DNA of 63,939 bases, counting the filler, from Octopus bimaculoides (Eukaryota), in NCBI RefSeq assembly GCF_001194135.2. It is 5 parts of 5 records of this genome, joined end to end, with 100 filler letters (N's around TTAATTAATTAA, not from the genome) between each part and the next. Parts side by side here need not be neighbours in the genome. Positions count along the whole stretch, not along the records: positions 1 to 26,798 come from NC_068987.1; 4 more parts are not named here. One strand, given 5' to 3'. A model generated the notes under the pieces. The model was not told where the DNA came from and did not search any database. It saw only the letters and a list, made by a program, of their open reading frames with translations. Each line of letters begins with the position of its first letter. Positions within the stretch are counted from its first letter, which is position 1. A program made the translations under genes and the position numbers. Of this stretch, positions 1 through 12,780 are shown one piece after another.

Positions 1-51
<51 letters not shown>

Positions 52-75
52 CATGTATGTGTACATATACATATA

Positions 76-290
76 TCATCATCATCATCATCATCGATTA
101 ACATCCACTTTCCATGCTAGCATGGGTTGGACAATTTGACTGAGGAATGGTGAACCAGATGGCTACACCAGGCTTCAATCTGATTTGGCAGAGCTTCTAC
201 TGCTGGATGCCCTTCCTAATGCCAACCACTCCAAGAGTGTGTTGTGGGTGATTTTATGTGCCACCAGCACAAAGGCCAGTCAGGCTGTTT
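76..290 (+). mobile_element. SINE-like repeat family B ((CAT)n-cgtttaacgtccgctttccatgctagc...)
   Basis: Same sequence recurs at 1347, 2070, 17222, 18000, 20530 and 58004. Confidence 0.8.
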
Positions 291-293
291 ATA

Positions 294-328
<35 letters not shown>

Positions 329-1141
329 ATGATTGAAATTCATATTAGTTTGGTTATATAGTAACATATTTTGTTTTTCACATAAACTCTTCACCAGAAC
401 AGTGCAAACCTGCAACCAACAACATTGATCTTCTCCATTTGTGATGTTAAATAAAGTATCAGTGAAGGGTTATATAATCAACTCAACTATACCTCATCCC
501 TAGTGAGGGTAAGTGGCTTAGTGGTTAGGGTGTAGTACTCATGATGATAAGATCATGGTTTCAGTTCCCAGACCGGGCAATTTGTTGTGTTCTTGTGAGA
601 AACACTTCATCTCACATCCCTCTGCAATTACTTTGACATTTGACATGTGACATATCTGCATATCTGTACAGGTAATGTTGATTTGATGGACAGAATGAGA
701 CCATGGACATCACAGCACAAACATTTGATCACTCTAAACAAGTCTGTACAGGTTGTTCAGCAAGAAATTATGGCGGCGTCTTGGACTCAAGAGGCTACCA
801 CCAACTTCCTCCTTAGATCTATTGCTTTCTGCCTGTGTATGAAATCAGTATTCATATATCTTACTTATAGCTGTTAATTAATTATCCTTTTATTAATTAA
901 ATCCATAATTCAAGGCAGAACTATTAGCATGCCATGCACAATGCTTTGTGGCATTTTGTCCATCTTCACCATCTGAGTTCAAATCTTGCCAAGGACAACT
1001 TTGCCTTTCATCCTTTCAGGGCTGATAAAATAAGTACCAGTTAAACACTTCCCCAAACTTGCTAGCCTTGTGCCAAAATTTGAAATCCTTAATTAGATGC
1101 CTAATTGATTGTGCTTTTTTGTCTTATTTGTTATTTTCCAG

Positions 1142-1250
1142 GAGCCTTTGGTTGAACAGCCCGGGTTTAATTGTGATTGTCTCCCTTTGTTGTATGTTTG
1201 GTGCAGTTCTTAGGTCAAGTGAAACCAAAAATGAAAAGAAAATAGACATG
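1142..1250 (+). CDS. SLC5 exon (phase 2 in, phase 0 out): [36 protein letters not shown]
   Basis: ttattttccag acceptor and gtgagt donor; resembles the family segment ALWLNLPGL..LCCLVG. Confidence 0.88.
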
Positions 1251-4120
1251 GTGAGTTTCCTTTAACCTAACTTTTTAATATTTCTGTTTAGAAAATGTAA
1301 TCAAGTTTGGGTGCTGCCATAACTGCATGGTAAGAATGACTGAAACATCATCATCATCATCATCATCGTTTAACGTCCGCTTTCCATGCTAGCATAGTTT
1401 GGACGATTTGACTGAGGACTGGTGTACCAGGAGGCGACTCCAGGCTCCAATCTGATTTGGCAGAGTTTCTACAGCTAGATGCCCTTCCTAACGCCAACCA
1501 CTCCGGGAGTGTAGTGGGTGCTTTTACATGCCAACGGCGCAAGGGCCAGTCAGGTGGGTACTGGCAACAGCCACACTCGAAATGGTGTATTTTACGTGCC
1601 ACCTGCACAGGGCCAGTCCAGGGGCACTGGCAACGATCTCGCTCGGATGTCTTACTGGCAACGGCCACGCTTGAAAACAATTAAATGATAAATGATTTAA
1701 TGGTAGGCGGAAAGGAATACCCACAAGCATTTTGTTGGAGCCTTTGAAACAAGTAGGAGGAGTGATGGTGGTGGTGGTGAGGGTTATCCCCAGACTGAAG
1801 ACCTGACAAGAATACTTGCCATAGATTTGACTCTTCTAAAGCTACCCAAGGACCAGGTTGTGATGTTAAACTGAAGCAATAGATTATATTTACCATCCAA
1901 AAACTGGAACAGTCCCTCTGACAGGATTCCATATAGTTTCTGTCTCCCAAATTTCACTGTCAACTCTTTTGTTGGACTAAAGCTGTGATAGAAGACAGTT
2001 GGAACTGAACCAAACCAAATGGCTGTGAAGAGACCTTTCTTTGTCACATCCCCATACAGGCCACATCATCATCATAAATTTAGCATCCATTTTCCATGCT
2101 AGCTTTGGTTGGACAGCTTAACAGGAGCTGGCCAGCTGAAGAGCTGCCTGGGCCCCATACTTGTTTTGGCATAGTTTCTACAGCTGGATGCCCTTTTTAA
2201 TGCCAATCACTTTACAGAGTGTACTGGGTGCTTTTATACAACACTGGTATGAAAGCTTTAACATAGCACTGGTACTGGTACTTTTTTACGTGGTGCCAGC
2301 ACCCACACGCCGGCACGATTAGGATCGCTCAGCTGAAGAGGGATGCAGGGAACATGCCTGTATGCAAGGACAACCATAATTTTACTTACCTTGATGTGTC
2401 TTCTCAACCACAGCAAACCACCCAGAATCTCTGTCCTTTGTAATCCCCCACTGTGAAACCTAGCATCCGAAGATCCTTTCACACCACTTCACCCTATGTC
2501 TTCTTCCACATGTTCCCTCCACAATTAGAGATGTGGCACTAATTAGAGATGTTTAACATTCAAATTCATTGCTGTTGTTGTTGTTGTTGTCATCATCTTT
2601 GTCCTCATTGTTGCCACCACTCTCATCATTGTCTTCTTTATTTTCAAGCAGCCACAACTGAGGTACATTTCTCTGTGTTGTTCCAAATGTACCCCATTAG
2701 CCTTCGTAGCTCCTCAATTTCATATTGTGTGTTGTGTGCCTCTGCCTCTAACATCAATGTAATTGAGTGGTCTTTGTCTTGCATTAGATTGCAAACGTCT
2801 CCAAAATATTGCACACGTGCTGTTGGCAGTTTCTTTTCCTTCTTTAGAATTTTCCCTTTCTCCTTTCTAATAAAGAGCTATGCTCAAAACATCAAACTCT
2901 CTCATTTCACCAAGTGTCAAGCTAATCCATTCCTTGTGCATGTCCTCTTGTTGTCCATTAATTTTTACTCGTTTATTTGAATTGACTAATTACTGCACAG
3001 CCTCTCCACATCCTTCCGACTGATATGGAGTACCTGATTCATGGATTTCGTACTCTACCCTTGGAGTACCTTAAAATTCCTTTAAAGTATGTTGTTTCTG
3101 CACCTCTGAGTGTGTGTGTGTGTGTGCGTGTTTATACTCTTTTACTCTTTTACTTGTTTCAGTCTTTTGACTGTGGCCATGCTGGAGCACCGCCTTTAGT
3201 CGAGCAAATCGACCCCAGGACTTATTCTTTGTAAGCCTAGTACTTATTCTATTGGTCTCTTTTGCCGAACCGCTAAGTTACGGGAACATAAACACACCAG
3301 CATCGGTTGTCAAGAGATGTTGGGGGGACAAACACAGACACACAANNNNNNNNNNNNNNNNNNNNNNNNNNNNNNNNNNNNNNNNNNNNNNNNNNNNNNN
3401 NNNNNNNNNNNNNNNNNNNNNNNNNNNNNNNNNNNNNNNNNNNNNNNNNNNNNNNNNNNNNNNNNNNNNNNNNNNNNNNNNNNNNNNNNNNNNNNNNNNN
3501 NNNNNNNNNNNNNNNNNNNNNNNNNNNNNNNNNNNNNNNNNNNNNNNNNNNNNNNNNNNNNNNNNNTATATACGACGGGCTTCTTTCAGTTTCCGTCTAC
3601 CAAATCCACTCACAAAGCTTTGGTCGGCCCGAGGCTATAGTAGAAGACACTTGCCCAAGATGCCACGCAGTGGGACTGAACCCGAGACCATGTGGTTGGT
3701 AAGCAAGTTACTTACCACACAGCCACTCCTACGCCTATACTGTTCATTTTGAAATGTAAATGTTGTTGTCATTTCTTTTTCTCTTAGCGGGCTGGTAGAT
3801 TCGTGGTGGAGGATGTCGATGTGGGAGTTGCTGGATTGTTTATTGCAGGTGTCTTTAATGCTACAATGAGGTAGGTGTACAATTTTGAATTAGATGTCTG
3901 AACATCAGAGATGAGTTTTTATTCTTTTATTCGTTTCATTCATTTGACTGCAGCCATGCTGGAGTACCACCTTTAGTTGAGCAAATCGATCCCAGGACTT
4001 ATTCTTTGTAAGCCTAGTACTTATTCTATTGGTCTCTTTTGCCGAACCGCTAAGTTACAGGGACGTAAACACATCACCATTGGTTGTCAAGTGATGTTGG
4101 GGATACAAACACAGACACAA

Positions 4121-4160
<40 letters not shown>

Positions 4161-5165
4161 TAAATTCAAATTATGATAAACGTAAACAAACAAATGAAGT
4201 TTGCTTTTAGAAGCGTTGAGATGTCTTAGAAAGTTAGAGANNNNNNNNNNAAACAAACAAATGAAGTTTGCTTTTAGAAGCGTTGAGATGTCTTAGAAAG
4301 TTAGAGAAGTGATTTTAAATTCTCAATCGCAGGATAATGCTAATAATATAGCCTGAACAGGATAAACTACCCCTATTTTGCAGAAGTATATATATATACA
4401 TATATACAACAGGCTTTTTTCAGTTTCTGTCTACCAAATCCACTCACAAACCTTTCATCGGCCCAAAGTTATAGTAGAAGACACTTCCCCAAGGTGCCAC
4501 ACAGTGGGACTGAACCTGGAACCATGTGGTTTTTGTTGATAATATTAATAATAAACAATGAGAAGAGTGTGATGCAATTTGTGTTCAACACAGATCAACT
4601 CTGTTCATTGAATTGAATGAACTGAACAATATAAGGCACAGACATATAGATGAATACACACACACACATACATACACATGACAGGCTTCTTTCAGTTTTC
4701 ATCAACAAAATCCATTCACAAGGCTTTGGTTAGCCCAAGGCTATAGTTGAAGACACTTGCCCATGGTGTCATGCAGTGGGACTGAACCCAAAACTAAGTG
4801 GTTGGGAAGCAAGCTTCTTACAGCACAGCCACACTTGTTCATAGATATTGTTAATTTGTTTGTTTCCATATTCATGGTTTGCATGCTAGAATGTAATTAA
4901 TTTTCACTTCTAAACTCAGGTTAATTACCTTTATTTGTTACTTGTTTCAGTCATTTGACTGCGGCCATGCTGGGGCACCACCTTGAAGGATTTTTAGGTG
5001 AATGAATAGACCACAGTATCTTTTTTCTTTAAAGCCTAGTACTTATTCTATTGATTCTCTTGCTGAACCACTAAGTTATGAGGATGTACACACACCAATA
5101 CCAGTTGTCAAGTAGTGATGGGGACAAACAGAGACATGAAGACACACATACACACACACACACGC

Positions 5166-5201
<36 letters not shown>

Positions 5202-5480
5202 GGTTCCAGGTTCATTCCCACTGCGTGGCACCTTGGGCAAGTGCCTTCTACTATAGCCTCGGGCCGACCAAAGCCTTGTGAGTGGATTTGGTAGACAGAA
5301 ACTGAAAAGAAGCCTATCGTATATATGTATATANNNNNNNNNNNNNNNNNNNNNNNNNNNNNNNNNNNNNNNNNNNNNNNNNNNNNNNNNNNNNNNNNNN
5401 NNNNNNNNNNNNNNNNNNNNNNNNNNNNNNNNNNNNNNNNNNNNNNNNNNNNNNNNNNNNNNNNNNNNNNNNNNNNNNNN

Positions 5481-5530
<50 letters not shown>

Positions 5531-5742
5531 TGTGTATATGTTAATGTGTCTGTGTTTGTCTCCCCAACATCGCTTGACAACCGATGGTGGTGTATTTACG
5601 TCCCTGTAACTTAGCAGTTCTGCAAAAGAGACCGATAGAATAAGTACTAGTCTTACAAAGAATAAGTCCTGGGGTCGATTCACTCGACTAAAGGCGGTGC
5701 TCCAGCATGGCCACAGTCAAATGACTGAAACAAGTAAAAGAG

Positions 5743-5782
<40 letters not shown>

Positions 5783-8330
5783 AAGGCTTTTTTCAGTTTC
5801 TGTCAATCAAATCCACTTACAAGACTCTAGTAGAAGACACTTGCCCAAAGTGCCACACAGTGGGACTGTACCCAGAACCAAACTTCTTACCACAGAGCCA
5901 TGCCTGCACCTATAATTAGTCCAAAATATTACGACTTACAATCTTAAAGCTTTTTTTTTTGTTGTTGGCTAACTCTCTCTCTCTCTCTCTCTCTCTCTTA
6001 CATGCACACAAACACATACATGCACACACAAAATTTTGTATCTCTGCAAAATATTTAACTAGTTACCCACCTTCTCTTTCTTTAGCTGTTTCTTTCATTC
6101 TCTATTCCCCCATCTCTGTCACTCCAATTTTTCTTTATCTCCAGATAATTTCATATGACTTATCATAAATTTTCTTACAATACAATTTTGTTTTCCAGTT
6201 CAATATCCTGTGGACTTAGTGCTACTAATAGTGTTTTGTTCAGAAACTTGCTGCCAAAACGCATTACACAAATGCGGAACTCAGAAGTGGCTTCAAGCAT
6301 ATTGTGTAAGTCTATTTACTTTCCATTTTATTTTACAATTTCTTTGACATTTGCAAGAAATTTTAGTTTCTTATGCTTCCAAAGTTACATAATTCTTCTT
6401 CTGTTGACTTGTCTCATAATCAATTTGTGTGGCATTGTTCCATCATTATGTCTTGGAAAACTAACATCAGCTAGGATCTCTTTTCTTAGATAATTATCCA
6501 CTCCCTAAGGAGTGTGTGTGTATACATATGTATGAGTGTGTATATTTATGTATAATATATATTTCATTTCATTTCAAAGTTTCAGCTCAGAGCTGCGGCC
6601 ATGCTGATGCACCACCGTGTGGTGCATATATATATATATGTATAATATATATATATATGTATAATATATGTGTATTCTTTGAGTCTTTGACTGTTTTTAG
6701 CCATCACATTGCAGTCACTTACATCAGCCTGGTCTGGTCCTAGAACTCAATTTATCAAATTGCTGAGTTTACCTGAAGTTAAAAAAGGGTTACCTGCCTT
6801 TTGGAAGTAAATATCACAAGGAGTATAGACAAACATGTACAAAAGATATATATATAAATATGTGTGTGTATGTATATATATACGTTTCACCTATTCACTC
6901 CCGTATGCTGCTGGCTGTCTCTCCATTCACCTCCATTTGCTTATTCGCTTCCCTATGCTGCATGCCATCTCTCCAATGCATGCAACATAGGGGAACAAAT
7001 AGGTAAACACTGGCAGGAGCTCAAAGAGAAGAAAGGCTCATCACTGCTCTACCAACAAGCTCAAGCAGAACATAGAGGTTCAGTTAATAGTGTAGAAGTT
7101 AAGATATTATCAACACATAGAATTGACGCAACACTTAGACAAATTACAGAGGCCACACACATAATTATAGACAGACCGAACTTCAACAGAAAACACGAAT
7201 GGGACAATAACACCCTCCACCACCACACCACGCCACACAACAACTAAAGACAGAAGTGAGAAAAAAAAAAAGACACAAGTACAAATAGTATAAGACAAAC
7301 ATGCACTTACCTACGATAAATATAAGAAATAGCGATAAATAAGTAAACAAAATGAAACTGTATAAAGGGCATGGATACAAACAATATAGCAGCGGGAAAT
7401 TTAGACAGTGTCATGTGACAACTTGCTGGGGCAGCCTGCTGGAGCCTAGCAGCAGGTATAAAAAGGGGAATTTGACAAGACAGTCAGTCAGACGCTGACA
7501 CTCGTTGATGCTGCATCGAAGAGGCCAGGGAATAGAAGAAAGAAGACATGCACCCAACACCAGAGCTGAAGACACCTCCGAAAGTGGGGGGGCCCCACCA
7601 CGTCAAAACGGTAGAGGAGTAGGGGCCGAAACCGGATGTGGTTCCTCCTGATGATGTCTTGAGCTAACTGGATCCTATAAAGGAGCTGTTGTGGTAGCAG
7701 ACCACGAAACATGTTTGAAATTCCTCAGCAAACCCATATACACTCACAAACACACATACAGCAACTTCACAAACAGCCACAACAACAACAATGATAACAA
7801 CAGCATAAATGAACACACTAACACGGACAGTTTCAAGAACAATATCAAAGGTAAGGGTCAAGAACAGCAGCAGCAGCAGCAACAGAAGAAAAAACGTAGG
7901 TGAGGGGAGAGTTAAAGTACCACTAAGAACGACAATGATAATGATAACAACAATATAAGGAGCACGGATATAAACAGTGTCGTGGTTAAGCCCATATATA
8001 CACACGTAAGTGCACACATGTGAAATACATAGACAAGCATACACACGCACATACGCAAACACACACATATGCAAACACACACACAGATACAGATGCAAAC
8101 ACATGCACAGACAAGGATGCATATCATACGACAGAATGGACTAAGTGCAGCAGGAGGATACATGAGGATGGAAAGTGTCACTGAAGAGGTTACAGATGTG
8201 TGATGAAAGCTTTTCAGACAATGGTCATCAGTTAAAATAAGTACAGTTATAAACAAGTGAAGAACAAATATATAGTATATTTGTTTATTTGGGAAGAAAA
8301 AAAAGAAAATGACTCTCCCGAAATACAAAA

Positions 8331-8424
<94 letters not shown>

Positions 8425-11400
8425 ATATATGTATGTATATATGTATGTATGTAGGTATGTATGTATGCATGTATGCAATTTCAGTCAAAAGGTGTTGATT
8501 AATATGAGGCTATGGTAAAAAATAGAACGCTTGCCCCATGTCCCTATCACATGCTGGGACTGAACCTAAAACTGAAAACGTATTCTTTTACTAGTTTTAG
8601 TGATTGAACTGTAGTCATGATGAAGCATGTCTAGAGGGGTTTTAAATCAAATGGTATTGATTCCAGGACATTTCATTAAAAGGGAGCCAGATTAATATTC
8701 CTGAACTCAGGTTCATAGCTTACTCCTTTCCTTTCACCAGTGTCAAAAGGACCTGGCTGCTGCCTCTCTCTTTTGATAGATACCATAGGTAAGTACATCT
8801 TACCTACCTACAGTGTCTTAACATTTGAGGTAAAAAGCCAATGTATCATTTGTTAAGTTTATCTCTACAGATTTTTCTCTAGAAATTGTAGCCAGCACTG
8901 ACTTTGTTACAATGTGTTATATCTGAGTACACCTAGTCTGATCCAGTACTCTGGTCTGTGTGCTGGCCATAATTTCTATAGGATATCCATAGAGATAACC
9001 TTAGAATACAGTAGTACACAGTATTGACTTATGAAAGCATTTAATATACTTTGTAGTATATTATGAACCAGGCTTTGTATTGTGTTCCTGAGTGAGACAC
9101 TTTATTTCACATTACTCCAGTTCACTCAGCTGTAGAAACAAGTTGCAATATCACTGATGCTAAGCTGCATCTGCTTTTGTCTTTTCCTTGGATAACATCA
9201 GTGACATGGAGCGGGGAGGCCGGTATGCATGAGTGACTTCCTTTAACAACCTTTCCCAGACTTGTGCCTTGGAGTGAACATTCTAGGTGCAATCCCATGG
9301 TCATTCATGACCAAAAGGGTCTTTACCCTTTTTTTATATTATGGTTGTGTAACAAAATACAGTACCTCTACAAGTCATTAATAGTAAAAGTTAAATATTC
9401 TAACAGTGCCATCCTGGTTATAAGTCTGAATAAAAGGGTACCCATACCAGTGACATGTAAGGGGAACCCATGTTGTTGACACATAAAATGGTTACCCCTG
9501 CTTGTGACACCTAGTACACACCTAGTACACACCTAGTACACTCTGTAAAGTGTTTGGCATTAGGAAGGACACCTAGCTATAGAAACCAAGCAAAAACAGA
9601 CAACTGGATCCTAATGTAGATCTTCAGCTTACCAGTTCCAGTCAGACTACCTAACCCATACCAACTTTGAAAATGGATCCTAAATGATGATGACAACTAA
9701 CCAATTCAATAGTGAGCTGCTACTTTATCAACAGAGTTATATAATAATAATAATCTAACAATAAACAAGAGCACTCAGAGTGCGCAAACCTCCGACAAGG
9801 CAACACTAGCATCCTCTCAACAATTAGCCTGAGATGATTTTTAAAATGAGAATATCAGAAATAAACTCAACTGCTCTCAAAAACAAGAATACTAAAAATG
9901 AACCCAACCACTCAAAATTTAAGGAAGAAATAAAAACAGGAAAACTATTCTAGAATCCTTGTCTGGTACCAGATCGATCCCAAGCTCTAATCAGTTTGTG
10001 CCAATCATGAGGCTAAACATCCCTGAAAGTTTTATCTGAATCCATCCAGCGGTTCTTGAGATATCTTGTCCATGGACAAACAAACAAACATGACTGCAAA
10101 CAATACCTCCACCTTTGCTAAGGTTAGGTTATTAGAGGCAATTGGCCAAGAAACAATAAATAATTAACTAACAAAAATTACGTTTATCAATTTGTTTTGC
10201 AAGATTCTTGATGTGAAATCGTGTATTGAAACAGATATTGTTGTATTTCAGGATGGTTATTATTTTTTTCTTTTTTGTCAAATAAACACATGCACTATAT
10301 ATTTTTTCTTCACTCATTTATTACCTTTCTTATTTTATCATTTTAACTCATGTCCATTGTCCAGAAATCTTTCATCACACAACTGTGACTTCTTCAGCAA
10401 CACTGAGAATGGAGTAAGTTGAGCAAGAACACACACAAAAACAAAAAGTGTCACTGAAGAGGTCACAGATGTGTGATGAAATATTTCTGGACAATGGACA
10501 TGAATTAAAATGATAAAATAAGAATGGTAATAAATGAATGAAGAAAAAAATGTATAGTGCATGTGTTTATTTGGCAAAAAAAAAAAAAAAAAATTACCAT
10601 CCCAAAATACAACAATAACAATAATTAAATAAATGAGAATATAAATTATAATTTATTTGAAATTATTTTAAAATTTCAGCTTTTTTCGTTGGGATATTGT
10701 GCGTATGTTTGGCCATTTTGATCCAGAATGAGCAAGGCATCTTAAAGGTAAGGTTTTGCTGACAAAATAGCAGTTTTTCTTTAGTCCTTTCTATAACTCT
10801 ATTCCTGGAATGAGAAAGAGAGTTACTTTGATAATTGGCACTCTGTTACAAGGGCAAGGGTTCCAGTTGATCCGATCAATGGAACAGCCAGCTTGTGAAA
10901 TTAATATGCAAGTGGCTGATCAGTCCACCAACGTGCACCCTTAACATAGTTCTCAGGGAGCTTCTGGGTGACACAGAATGTGACATGGTTGGCCCTTTGA
11001 ATCACAAGTACAACTCACTTTTGCCAGCTGAGTGGACTGGAGCAACATGAAATAAAGTGTCTTGCTCTAGGACATAACGCGTCACCTGGAATCGAACCCA
11101 CAACCTTATGACCATCAGCCAAATACCCTAACCACTAAACTATGTGCCCTCACGAGTTGCATTACTACGGTGTTAGAGTACCGTAGTATAACTTTGTCTC
11201 CATTATCAACTAATGTCCATTGGTTAAAAACAGGGGTTTTCAAACTGTGGTCCGCAGACCACAGGGGGTCCGCAAGGACAAGACAGGGGGTCCATGGACA
11301 GCAAATACTTTTTATGGGCAATTTGATTTTATATATGTTTTTTAATCGAAATCTTTTAATTGACAATAAACTTATTTCTTAAATACTGTTAAATAAAGAA

Positions 11401-12465
11401 ATGTAAAAATATATGTTATTTTAAGCAAATATTTATGTATAAATGTCATAAGAATTTATAAGGGGGTCCCTAAGGTAAAGCCTGAAATATAAAGGGGTCC
11501 GCAAGTCAAAAAGTTTGAAAACCTCTGGGTTAAAACACTCACACTGGGGTTTCATCCACTTGACCTTAAATAGACACCTAGTTAGCTCCAGCTCATCATT
11601 GCAGATAGTTGTATAACTACTGCTTTGTTCTGTTACCTTTCAGTAATGAGTTCAAATCCTCTATTGGTCATAGAAAATGTTAAGGGAATCTGAAAAAAAG
11701 ACAGAATAATACATCTATCTCATTCTTTTACTAGCTTTAGTCATTGGACTGCAGTCATAATAGAGCATGTCTTCAAGGTTTTTAAACCAAATAGTATTGG
11801 CCTAAGTATGTATTATCTTTTGCCATAAAATGCTGCAATCTCAGCCACAGGTTTACAGCTGTATAAACAAACACACATACACAGCATTGATTAGAATATG
11901 TTGCAATATTTATTCAGGCTTTGTGTGCACTGATTTCAAATTCTGTTGAGGTCAGCTTTGCCCATTAACCCAATCTAGAGCTGGCAGCCCTCTTTCCTTA
12001 CAGCTGTCATACTCAATTCATTATTGTCTTCATTACTAACTCTTACCTTGCTGACATTGCCTTTGTATATGATTTTATAGCTTTCACAAACAATTCATCT
12101 CTATCAAAGGCTTTCTTCGGGTCGATGAATGCTAAAAACAGCAGCTTATTCTTAGCTAAATACCTCTCCTGCAGTTGTCTCACTAGAAAGAGGGCATCAG
12201 TAGTATTTTTCTTGACACGAAATGAAGCTGCATCACATTCAAACTAATTAATTATTAATCAATTAAGACTTAACTCTGTCTTCTGGAATAACTTTGAATA
12301 TAATTATCATTTGTTGTGTGTTAATTTATTTTCAGGCATCTTTCTCCTTTTATGGAATATTTTGTTGTCCAATGTTTGGAGTATTTATTTTGGGGATATT
12401 TTTCCCATTTGTTCATAAATGGGTAAGTTTTATTTTCATGATCATTATCAACATCATCATCATCC

Positions 12466-12512
<47 letters not shown>

Positions 12513-12740
12513 TTCATCGTCGTCGTCGTCGTCACCATCTCTTCCAATATACTTTAGAATTTCTTAAAATTCCTAAATGTACTTTTGTGGGAGTTTCTCT
12601 TTATAAATTTGGTATTGATAGTGTTAACTGTACTATAAAAAGAAGTTTATATAACCGCTTTGGTAAATATTTGGAGGAAAATACCAAAGGATCCATTCTG
12701 TATGGATATTTTCTCGTAGTCTTTTATTCACAATACATTC

Positions 12741-12780
<40 letters not shown>

